From: Desulfobacterales bacterium
GTDB taxonomy: Bacteria; Desulfobacterota; Desulfobacteria; Desulfobacterales; UBA2174
Reading direction: 5' to 3'
NCBI GenBank assembly: GCA_963668645.2
Contig: CAXXWC010000021.1
Location: forward strand, 704,001 to 768,000
Length of the DNA stretch: 64,000 nucleotides
The position numbers were made by a program, and so were the translations under genes. Of the stretch, positions 31,691-40,385 are shown piece by piece (the first letter of the stretch is position 1; the number at the start of each line of letters is the position of its first letter). The notes below the pieces were generated by a model. It saw nothing but the letters and a program-made list of their open reading frames with translations. It was not told the origin of the DNA and did not search any database.

Positions 31691-32473
31691 CTATTGCGGG
31701 GATACGAGTTGTCGAGAGGTGTGGTCTACAAAACGGCTGTAGTGCTGCTTAGAAACCGTCATGCCGCTGGAAAAGTAAATCCTTCGCTCCGAGCCGACTT
31801 GCAGGTAAACACCGGTCAGCTCGGATGTGGCATTACCGTCCGCATCCCGTTCGAAAAATACCTTGAAGTCCGAAATGCGATTGTTTGCGGCGTTAAATCC
31901 GTCCACGTCCACGTACGCATAATACTCGCTCCAGAATTTGGATGTGAACAGATTGGTCGGATCGGCGCCGTTGTAAGAGGGGCTGTTCCACGATGAAGAG
32001 CCATTGGCGTGGTTCACCGTGGGGATTTTGCCCTCTTGTTGCATCCAGATTTCGATGAAGTCTTTGAAAGAGGAGAAGATTTCCTTTATCGTGACGTCCA
32101 TCGCCTGGGGGTCCAGATCGATATCATACCTGCGGGTATCGATGGCCTGCACCCCGGCAAAATGGATCGAACAGCCCACCTTGGGGTAATCTGGATCTTC
32201 AGGATCGCTGACCAGCCAGACATAAACACCCCCCGAAGGGCATTTCCATTTCTCGTCAATCGCCAGGCCGGGAGTCTTGTTGATCAGATAACCGGCCGAC
32301 TCACTCTCTTCGATGTGGCGCCGGTTGCTCTGGCAGGAGACGGCCAGCGCGGTTACCCGCGAGGTCAGGTAATGCGGCAAGGCAATGGAAGCCAGCGCTC
32401 CGATGATGGCCAACACCATCAGCACTTCCACAAGGGTGAATCCGCTCTCGAGGCCCCCGGCCCGATTTTTCAT
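31691..32473 (-). CDS. Type IV pilin-like protein with an extra C-terminal domain
   Basis: Class III signal peptide G|FTLVEVLMVLAIIGALASIALP; C...CPSGGVY...CSIH; ATGA overlap with the upstream gene. Confidence 0.85.
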   Translation of the reverse strand: MKNRAGGLESGFTLVEVLMVLAIIGALASIALPHYLTSRVTALAVSCQSNRRHIEESESAGYLINKTPGLAIDEKWKCPSGGVYVWLVSDPEDPDYPKVGCSIHFAGVQAIDTRRYDIDLDPQAMDVTIKEIFSSFKDFIEIWMQQEGKIPTVNHANGSSSWNSPSYNGADPTNLFTSKFWSEYYAYVDVDGFNAANNRISDFKVFFERDADGNATSELTGVYLQVGSERRIYFSSGMTVSKQHYSRFVDHTSRQLVSPQ

Positions 32474-32958
32474 TTGATCAGCTCCGGCACCGGTCTTTTT
32501 GAGCTGACCCATATCTGCCGGAAGCCATAAAGATCCGGTCTGGGACTTCGAACGACTACATCGTCTCCGATGGTCTCGACCACAAAAGGCTTTCCGCTGG
32601 CCGGACAGAGCAAGTCGTTTCCCACCGGCCGGCCTTCCTGAAGCCGTTTGGAGACCTGCCACAAATTGGCGATGCACTGGTCGGTGCGTGCGTCGGTATC
32701 GACCGCGCCCTTTCGTAGCGGTTTCCCGGTTTGATCCAGCGCGTCGGTCAGTTTGGGAAACTGATAACCGATGATGCCCAGGCAGGTGATCACAACCGCC
32801 CATTGGATCATCACCTTGGCCGCCTTGCGTTTCTTTCTGCGAGCCGCCAGGGCCGTTTGATCTTCCAGGCGCTCAGCCTCCTGCCTCGCGAAATCCCTCA
32901 GCGAATCCATGGCCACCTGGCGGGTGGACGTCGCTTCGGGATCCCTGGACTCTGTCAT
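32470..32958 (-). CDS. Hypothetical single-TM protein
   Basis: Basic stretch, TM helix, Cys pair (QCIANL...CPASGKPF); GGAGAG RBS. Confidence 0.65.
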   Translation of the reverse strand: MTESRDPEATSTRQVAMDSLRDFARQEAERLEDQTALAARRKKRKAAKVMIQWAVVITCLGIIGYQFPKLTDALDQTGKPLRKGAVDTDARTDQCIANLWQVSKRLQEGRPVGNDLLCPASGKPFVVETIGDDVVVRSPRPDLYGFRQIWVSSKRPVPELIK

Positions 32959-33087
32959 CGACTCTCTCCTCTTTGGCCGAGCCTGGTCGCAACCGTCTGC
33001 TCGGCAGCCACACGCTTCACCCGACGGTGCATCACTCAGTGATAAAAACTTTTTCCCGGCTGCGTCGTCAGTCGTTTTTTTGACTTT

Positions 33088-33102
33088 TTATTGTTACAAT
33101 AA
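33088..33102. promoter_or_regulatory. AT-rich palindrome, possible regulator binding site
   Basis: TTATTGT-T-ACAATAA, perfect 7-bp arms, upstream of the pilin operon. Confidence 0.4.
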
Positions 33103-33175
33103 TCGATAAGACCCGGTCAAGCTTCTCGGCTCAACAACCGCACGATGGAAAGCATCCCCATCCTCCCCGCTTCCC

Positions 33176-35560
33176 TCAATGCCCGGCCGCCCTGTTTGAC
33201 AGCGCCGCCGATTTTCCATCCTCCAGGGCCTCGCGCACCCGCGCAGCCAATTCCTCCCGGGAAAAAGGCTTCTGAACGAAATGCACGCCTGCATCGAGTA
33301 CCCCCCGATGGGCGATTACGTTAGCCGTGTAGCCCGACATAAACAGCACCCTGAGTTGCGGAAACAGGCCGCACAATCCCGCAGCCAGATCCCGGCCGCT
33401 CATTTCCGGCATCACGACATCGGTGATCAGCAGATGGATCTGCCCTTCGTGAGACTTGGCCAGATCCAGGGCCTCGCCAGGGGTCGCGGCGCCCACCACC
33501 CGGTAGCCCAGCGCATCAAGCATGCGCCGTGCCAGCTTGAGCACCGCAGGGTCATCCTCGACCAGCAGCACCGTCTCTCCGTGCCCAGGCTGTATCTGTG
33601 CCCGAGACATGGCCGTGTCCGGCTTCTCGACCGCCTCGGCATGGCGCGGCAGGTAGACCTTGAAGGTCGCTCCCCGGCCCGGCTCCGAGTACACGTTGAT
33701 AAACCCTTCATTCTGCCGGACTATTCCGTAGACCGTGGCCAGCCCCAGCCCGCTTCCTTTGCCCAGCCCCTTGGTGGTAAAAAAAGGCTCAAAAATCTGG
33801 TCCACGGTTTCCCGGTCCATCCCGCACCCGTCGTCGCTAACGGCCAGCATGATGAAGTCACCGGCCGTAAATCCGGCATGATCCTGGCAATAGCCCTCTT
33901 CAAAACGGACATTGGCCGTCTCGATGGTGACCTTTCCCACCCCGGCGATCGCATCCCGGGCGTTGACGCACAGGTTGGCCAGAATCTGGTCCACCTGGGT
34001 CGGATCGATCTTCACCGGCCCCAGGTCTCCGTCCGGCAGCCATTGCAGGTCGATATCCTCGCCGATCAACCGCCGCAGCATCTTGAGCATCCCCTCCACC
34101 GTATCGTTCAGATCCAACAGGCGCGGCGCTATGGTTTGTTTGCGTGCAAAGGCCAGCAACTGGCGCGTGATGTCGGCCGAACGCCGGGCCGCATCGTAAA
34201 TCTCCTTCAGGTCGGCATACAGCGGATCCGCTGTTTCGACCTTGTCCAAAGCCATCTCCGTGTATCCGAGGATTACGCCCAGCATGTTGTTGTAATCGTG
34301 GGCCACCCCGCCTGCCAACCGACCGACCGCCTCCAGCTTCTGGGACTGGAGGAGCTGATTTTCCAGAGTCCGGCGCCTGCGTTCGGATGATTCATGGGCG
34401 GCCTGCATGCGCAAAAAACCCAGAGCATAGCCCAAGTCGCCGGCCATCTCGGAAAACAGGCCGACTTCTTCGGCGTCCAGGGAAACATTGCGGTCCAGGG
34501 CCACGACGAGGTAGCCGAAGGTTGTCTCTCCGTGCACCAGGCGGGCCAACAGCGAGGGCCTGCCGGCACTGCTCCCGGCCAGAGGGCAATCGCCGCAGAT
34601 AGCGGCTTTATCGTCTGCGGTCAGTGTCAGCAAGGTGCGGTCCGGGCAGGTCCGGCAACAGGCCAACAATTCATCGCGATTACGAAAGTCTTCCAGGATC
34701 TGGCGGTCCGCCGCCAGACCGGCCGAGGCCCGGAAAACTGGCCGCTGGTTTTCATCAACCAGCACGATCAGCGATGAAGCGTAGCCTCGATTGTCCACCA
34801 GCAGCCGGCAGCCTTCCTGCACCAGCCGGTCCGGATCCTTTTCGCGCACGATCAGTTGATTGACGTCGCGAATGGCCCGAAGCACGTTGTTGAGGTGCAA
34901 AATCCGTTCTTCGGCCATTTTGCGATCGGTGACATCCTGAACCGTGACCAGCATTTTATCGATGGCACCGCAGACCTGGCGGGTGCACGAGACAGTCACA
35001 TGGGCGTGAATGAGCCCCCCGTCCTTCCTGAAAAACCGTGGCTCCGCCTCGTAAGCGTCGATTTCGCCCGACGCCACCATCCCGAACTTGGCAAGACTCG
35101 CTTCAAGATCGTCCGGATGGATCGTTTCGGTCCAGGAAATGTTCAACAGTTCCTGCGGCCCATAGCCCAGCATCCGGCAAAGCTTACCGTTCACGGCGAG
35201 CCATTGTTTTTCCGCTCCCACGATGGCCATGCCGATGTTGCCCTGGTTGAAAAATCCGGAAAAGGTCACCTCGCTCCTGCGCAGTTCACGCTGGGCCATA
35301 TTCTTGCGGTACAAAAACAGGCAAAGCAGCAGACCGCCCACAGCGGCGGTGAAAATAAAAGAAATCCGCACGAACAACGAATGCAAGGGAACCCTGGTAA
35401 CAAGCGATTGCCACAGGGTTTCAGGGCCTTCCAGGAGCATGAATTTCAGATTCTTGTAAAAAAACAGATACTCGAAATACCCGTCGGCGACCCAGAAAAA
35501 GAAGCCGAAAAGCAGTGCAAATCCCATGGTTTTCAGATATTCGGAATCGTGCCAGGACAT
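33176..35560 (-). CDS. Membrane hybrid histidine kinase (TM-PAS-GAF-HisKA-HATPase-REC)
   Basis: [33 protein letters not shown]. Confidence 0.92.
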   Translation of the reverse strand: MSWHDSEYLKTMGFALLFGFFFWVADGYFEYLFFYKNLKFMLLEGPETLWQSLVTRVPLHSLFVRISFIFTAAVGGLLLCLFLYRKNMAQRELRRSEVTFSGFFNQGNIGMAIVGAEKQWLAVNGKLCRMLGYGPQELLNISWTETIHPDDLEASLAKFGMVASGEIDAYEAEPRFFRKDGGLIHAHVTVSCTRQVCGAIDKMLVTVQDVTDRKMAEERILHLNNVLRAIRDVNQLIVREKDPDRLVQEGCRLLVDNRGYASSLIVLVDENQRPVFRASAGLAADRQILEDFRNRDELLACCRTCPDRTLLTLTADDKAAICGDCPLAGSSAGRPSLLARLVHGETTFGYLVVALDRNVSLDAEEVGLFSEMAGDLGYALGFLRMQAAHESSERRRRTLENQLLQSQKLEAVGRLAGGVAHDYNNMLGVILGYTEMALDKVETADPLYADLKEIYDAARRSADITRQLLAFARKQTIAPRLLDLNDTVEGMLKMLRRLIGEDIDLQWLPDGDLGPVKIDPTQVDQILANLCVNARDAIAGVGKVTIETANVRFEEGYCQDHAGFTAGDFIMLAVSDDGCGMDRETVDQIFEPFFTTKGLGKGSGLGLATVYGIVRQNEGFINVYSEPGRGATFKVYLPRHAEAVEKPDTAMSRAQIQPGHGETVLLVEDDPAVLKLARRMLDALGYRVVGAATPGEALDLAKSHEGQIHLLITDVVMPEMSGRDLAAGLCGLFPQLRVLFMSGYTANVIAHRGVLDAGVHFVQKPFSREELAARVREALEDGKSAALSNRAAGH

Positions 35561-35579
35561 TGCATCCCCTTTTCTGCAT

Positions 35580-36749
35580 TCATTTCATCTGCTTGTCATC
35601 AATGGTCTCGTAGATCAAGTCGGCGACTCGCTTCACGTTGGGTGGAATCGTGTAGCCGATCCGCCTGGCCACCTCCAGGTTGACCGCCAGCTTTAACGGC
35701 TCCTGATAGATCTGAGGCAGGTCCCGGGGTTTTGCGCCGTTGAAAATGGCAGCCATGGTGCCGGCGTAAAAATCTCCCAGGGGCTGGTAATCTTCTCTGG
35801 CGATGCCCATCAGCACGCCGCGCGTGACCAGTGTCGGCCCGCGCGTGACGGTAAAAACGGGTACGCCTTTTTCCAGCAGCGGATCGATCAGCCGCGGGAA
35901 CTCGCCCGGGTGCAGGCCGCGATGGTCAGAGACGATCAGGGCATCAATCTGCGGCGCCAGTCGATCGATGCAGCGGGCCGCATTCTCAATGGCCGCTTCC
36001 ACGGAAAGGCCGGTTTCGGGCGCCTGGCAACCAACCACTGTAAAGCCCCGCTCCACGGCGACCTGTTGGACAGATGGCAAGTTGGCGTACAGCCGTCCCT
36101 CCGGCGTGTCCTCGTAGATGACCCCCAAACGGCCGAATCCCAGAATATCGTGAAACAGGCGCAACCGCCGCTCACTGCGGGTCGGATCGCACCAGGCTAT
36201 TACATTGTCCTTGCCCGAATCGCTCGCGCTGCGGACGATCTTCGCGCCGATCGGATCACTGCACGACATGACAATGACCGGGATCCGATCCAGCATGGAC
36301 ACCAGATCCTGGCCGGCCCAGGTGCCCATGCCGATGAATAGATCGATGTCTGCCGCGGTCTGAATACGCCGCTGGATCTGCTCTCTGATCTGTTCTCTTC
36401 GGTCCTTCTGCCATTGCGACGACCAGTAGCCGTCGCCGACAAACTCGATATACTCGCTGCGGGCGGTGCCGGCCAACCAGGTCCACAACCTCTGGGTATC
36501 TTCGAGGTCCGGGAATCGGGGAATATCGGCCGGCGACATCCAGCCCAGGGTCATCAGACCCTGCACCGTGGCCCTCAGGCTGCCTTGATAATTCAAAAAG
36601 GGTCCGCCTTCTAGATAGGCGACGCGCCATTTCTTGGCGTTGTTGAGTTTTGGGGACAGGCCGGCGGCCATGGCGACAACTGCCGCGGCCATCCCGAAAA
36701 GCGCCGCCAAGGTCAGCAGACCCAGCTTTCGATGAAGACCCGAGTTCAT
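35580..36749 (-). CDS. ABC_sub_bind-family periplasmic binding protein
   Basis: Signal peptide; WRVAYLEGG; SDPIGAKIV; GAKPRDLPQ; LAVNLEVARRIG. Confidence 0.8.
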   Translation of the reverse strand: MNSGLHRKLGLLTLAALFGMAAAVVAMAAGLSPKLNNAKKWRVAYLEGGPFLNYQGSLRATVQGLMTLGWMSPADIPRFPDLEDTQRLWTWLAGTARSEYIEFVGDGYWSSQWQKDRREQIREQIQRRIQTAADIDLFIGMGTWAGQDLVSMLDRIPVIVMSCSDPIGAKIVRSASDSGKDNVIAWCDPTRSERRLRLFHDILGFGRLGVIYEDTPEGRLYANLPSVQQVAVERGFTVVGCQAPETGLSVEAAIENAARCIDRLAPQIDALIVSDHRGLHPGEFPRLIDPLLEKGVPVFTVTRGPTLVTRGVLMGIAREDYQPLGDFYAGTMAAIFNGAKPRDLPQIYQEPLKLAVNLEVARRIGYTIPPNVKRVADLIYETIDDKQMK

Positions 36750-36805
36750 TCTCTCCTCCTTTTTACAGTGTTCATCGAGGCGCTTCTGGCGGCGCCGTCC
36801 GGCCC

Positions 36806-39800
36806 TCAATCTGCCAGGGCCTGACGCACACGCATGGCCAATTCCCCGCGCGAAAAAGGCTTTTCCATGAAATGTACCCTGGGGTCCAGAACGCCATGGT
36901 GGGCGATGATGCTGGCCGTATAGCCCGACATGAACAGCACCTTCAGTTCAGGATAGGTTTGGTGCAGCCGCGCCGCGAGGTCCCGCCCGTTCATCTCGGG
37001 CATCACCACATCGGTGATCAGCAGATTCATCCTGCCCCCATGGGCCTCGGCCAGGCGGATCGCCTCGGTCGGATCGCCGGCTGTCAACACCTTATATCCC
37101 AACCCTTCGAGCACCAGCCGCGCCAGTTTGAGCACCGATGCTTCGTCTTCCACCACCAGGATCGTCTCACCGCTGCCGGTGGCCGCCGGAACGGCCGGTG
37201 AAATCTCACCCACCTCGACCTTCTCGGCGTGCCGCGGCAGGTAGATTTTGAAGGTTGTACCCATGCCTATCTCACTGTAAACGTTTATAAATCCATCGTT
37301 CTGTTTTACGATCCCGTACACCGTGGCCAACCCCAAGCCCGTGCCCCGTCCCATCTCCTTGGTGGTGAAAAACGGCTCGAACAGGTTGGCCAGTGTCTCC
37401 TGGTCCATCCCCCGACCGTTGTCGCTCACCGCCAGCAGTACATATTCACCGGGCAGAAAATCGGTATGGTCCGCGCAGTAGCTCGAGTCAAAGCACACGT
37501 TGCCCGTTTCGATGCCCACCTTACCCGCCCCGCCGATGGCGTCGCGGGCGTTGAGACACAGATTGGCCAGGATCTGGTCCACCTGGCTCGGATCCATCTT
37601 CACCTGCCACAAGCTCCCCTCCGGCCGCCAGTGGAGGTCGATGTCCTCGCCTATCAACCGCCGCAGCATCCTTAGCATCCCCTCCACCGTGTCGTTCAGA
37701 TCCAGCACATGGGGAGTGATCGTCTGTCTGCGCGCAAAGGCCAACAACTGGCGCGTGATGTCGGCCGAGCGGCGCGCCGCGCCGAGAATCTCGTCCAGGT
37801 CTTCCACCAGCGGATCATCCGCCGCGATCTTCTGCTTGGCCATCTCGGCATAGCCCAGAATCACGCCCAGCATGTTGTTGAAATCATGGGCCACCCCGCC
37901 GGCCAGGCGGCCCACGGTCTCCATCTTCTGGGCCTGGCTGAGTTCGGCCTCCAGGCGCTTGCGTTCCGTAATGTCACGCAGATTACACTGTATCACCTTG
38001 GAATGATCCACCAGGTAGACTTTGCTCGCAAATTCAACCGTTACGATCCGGCCGTCGGCGGTTTCCATCGGCAAATCGTCGCGATGGTGACATTCATTGT
38101 CCCTGAGCGCCCTGAAAGCGCTGTGAGTTGAAGCGATGCCCTTAAACGAACCGGTTTCCCACAAACGCCTTCCCAGGAATGTCTCCCGAGAACAACCGAG
38201 CATCTGGGACAAAGACAGGTTGACATCAATCACCTTTCCCGTCTCAGCCTCTACAATCAGAATGCCGTCCATTGCGGATTCAAAAAGCCCCCGATAGCGC
38301 TTCTCCGAATCCTGCATGGATTCTTGAGCCCTTTTGTGCCCGACAATCTCCCATGTCACGTCGGAAAGGAAGGCAACCGTCTCCAGGTCATCTCGGTTAT
38401 AATCGACCGGTTTGTTGCCCACGCCCAGAATGGCGACCACCTGGTCTTTGCGCATGACGGGAACCACCAACTCGCGAACAATTTCGGCATGTCCCTCTGG
38501 CATTCCCCGCTTGTGTTGCAACGCGGCATAGTCGTTGTGAATAACCGGCTTTTTCCACCTGGCCGAGTCCGCCCAGACGCCGGCCTGTTCAAAAGGATAG
38601 TGCAGTCCCTTTCCTGCGACTCTACAAAATTCGGCCGACGTGCGCGTCGACCACTGTTGCAGGGAAAGGGTTTTCTGGTCAGCCTGCACAAAATGATAAA
38701 ATCCGATGGGGCTTTGCGCCAGGGCACAGATTTCATCCAAAGCCTTGACCATCAGCTCGTCCAACCTGTGCGTGGCGCTATATTCGATCAAGGCCAGACG
38801 CGTGTCGGCCATGCGCGCTTTTTGCCGCTGGACGGTCTGGTCACGGAACACCAGCACCACCCCGGTGACGTCATTATTCTCGTTGCGGATGGGCGCCCCC
38901 GAATCGGCGATGGGCCGCCGCATACCGTCTCTTGCGACGAGCAGTGTGTGGTTGCTCATGCCGACCACGCCCCCCTCGCCGAGCACCGTGGCAACTGGGT
39001 CCGGCGCCTTTTCCCCCGTGCTCTCGTCAACAAGGGGGAAAACGACTCCCAGCGGGTTGCCGCGTGCCTCGGCGTCCGACCAGCCGGTGAGGGCCTCGGC
39101 CACAGGATTGAGCAGCTCGACGTTTCCTCGCACATCGGTGACGATCACCCCATCGCCGATGGCCTTCAAGGTGACGCTGTGCCGCTCCACGCTGGCACGC
39201 AGTGACGCCTCGGAAAGGTAAAGTGCCCGGAAGTGGGACTTCTGTTCGCGCTGCCACAAAACCAGCCCGGCTGTTGCGATGAAAATCGTCACGCCTAAAA
39301 AAAGCGCCAACAGCAGGATCGATCGGAAGCGCCAATCGGCGAAGACCTCGGCCGCATCCACCTTGGCTACCATGAACCAGGGCGAATCGGGGATGGGCAA
39401 GAGGACGGCCACCACCTCAATCCCGCGGTAGTCCCGGCCCTCGACCAAGCCCTGCCAGCCGAAAACGGCCATGACGGCAGGGACATCCTTGCGGACCAAA
39501 GGGATACGCAGCTTCAGCGCCGCGTCCGGCTGATGCCGCAGGGGGTTGAGAAACAGCACATCCTCTCCGTCTCGCCGGACCAGGAGGGTTTCCGCGGTTT
39601 CACTGGGCGTGGGCCAGGACTGGATCAGGGGAAAAAGGAAGTCGGAGGCGTCACTGACCAGAACGAGCGCACCGAGCGGCTTCGCGGCTGGATCGCCGCC
39701 TTCGAAAAGCGGTGTCACAATGCTCAAATGCGGAGAGGCTGCCTTGGTGCCAGTATGCAAATCGATGAGGATGGGGCGCCGTTCGCGCAAAACTGCCGGC

Positions 39801-40222
39801 AAGGCTGATACAAACGCGTTGTAATTATAGACGTCTCCCGTAAGGCTGACGCGAACCCGTCCTTCGGGGTCCACCAGAAGGATGTCTGTGTAATCGTGCT
39901 GTTTGGCCCGGTCACGAAAGCGGGCACGCAAGTGTTGGCCTTCGATGCCGTCCGGGGCGGATAGAAAACCGATTACATTTTGAACGAGGAAGATGTTCTC
40001 GGCCAGGGCAACGGCGTCCGCCAGTTGATCCGCCCGCCAGGCGGCGATCTGGTTGGCCTTGAGCCTCGCGATGGCGCTCAGATCCTCTTCGACCTTGCCG
40101 CGCATGGTTCGCTCCTGAAAGCGGTAGAACGATACGCCGCCGGCCAGCAGGAGCATCAGCAACGGTGCCAGCACGATCATCGGCCAGCGAACAATCGGTT
40201 TGGATGCAGTATTCACTGGCAT
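36806..40222 (-). CDS. Membrane hybrid histidine kinase (Cache-PAS-GAF-PAS-HisKA-HATPase-REC)
   Basis: Two TM segments, GRDYRG Cache motif, PAS, GAF (GNKPVDY), [14 protein letters not shown]. Confidence 0.93.
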   Translation of the reverse strand: MPVNTASKPIVRWPMIVLAPLLMLLLAGGVSFYRFQERTMRGKVEEDLSAIARLKANQIAAWRADQLADAVALAENIFLVQNVIGFLSAPDGIEGQHLRARFRDRAKQHDYTDILLVDPEGRVRVSLTGDVYNYNAFVSALPAVLRERRPILIDLHTGTKAASPHLSIVTPLFEGGDPAAKPLGALVLVSDASDFLFPLIQSWPTPSETAETLLVRRDGEDVLFLNPLRHQPDAALKLRIPLVRKDVPAVMAVFGWQGLVEGRDYRGIEVVAVLLPIPDSPWFMVAKVDAAEVFADWRFRSILLLALFLGVTIFIATAGLVLWQREQKSHFRALYLSEASLRASVERHSVTLKAIGDGVIVTDVRGNVELLNPVAEALTGWSDAEARGNPLGVVFPLVDESTGEKAPDPVATVLGEGGVVGMSNHTLLVARDGMRRPIADSGAPIRNENNDVTGVVLVFRDQTVQRQKARMADTRLALIEYSATHRLDELMVKALDEICALAQSPIGFYHFVQADQKTLSLQQWSTRTSAEFCRVAGKGLHYPFEQAGVWADSARWKKPVIHNDYAALQHKRGMPEGHAEIVRELVVPVMRKDQVVAILGVGNKPVDYNRDDLETVAFLSDVTWEIVGHKRAQESMQDSEKRYRGLFESAMDGILIVEAETGKVIDVNLSLSQMLGCSRETFLGRRLWETGSFKGIASTHSAFRALRDNECHHRDDLPMETADGRIVTVEFASKVYLVDHSKVIQCNLRDITERKRLEAELSQAQKMETVGRLAGGVAHDFNNMLGVILGYAEMAKQKIAADDPLVEDLDEILGAARRSADITRQLLAFARRQTITPHVLDLNDTVEGMLRMLRRLIGEDIDLHWRPEGSLWQVKMDPSQVDQILANLCLNARDAIGGAGKVGIETGNVCFDSSYCADHTDFLPGEYVLLAVSDNGRGMDQETLANLFEPFFTTKEMGRGTGLGLATVYGIVKQNDGFINVYSEIGMGTTFKIYLPRHAEKVEVGEISPAVPAATGSGETILVVEDEASVLKLARLVLEGLGYKVLTAGDPTEAIRLAEAHGGRMNLLITDVVMPEMNGRDLAARLHQTYPELKVLFMSGYTASIIAHHGVLDPRVHFMEKPFSRGELAMRVRQALAD

Positions 40223-40385
40223 TCACCTCTGATGTTGCGCCAAGGTCTACTGTGCTTGCACCTTGTATTACGATTATAGAGACCGTCGGCAACCATAGGC
40301 CCGTGGCCTCCCTTGGCTTCTCGGTGGTGAAAACGGACTGTGGCGCATTCAATGCATAAAACCACCGCCTGACGGACCGCCTCGG

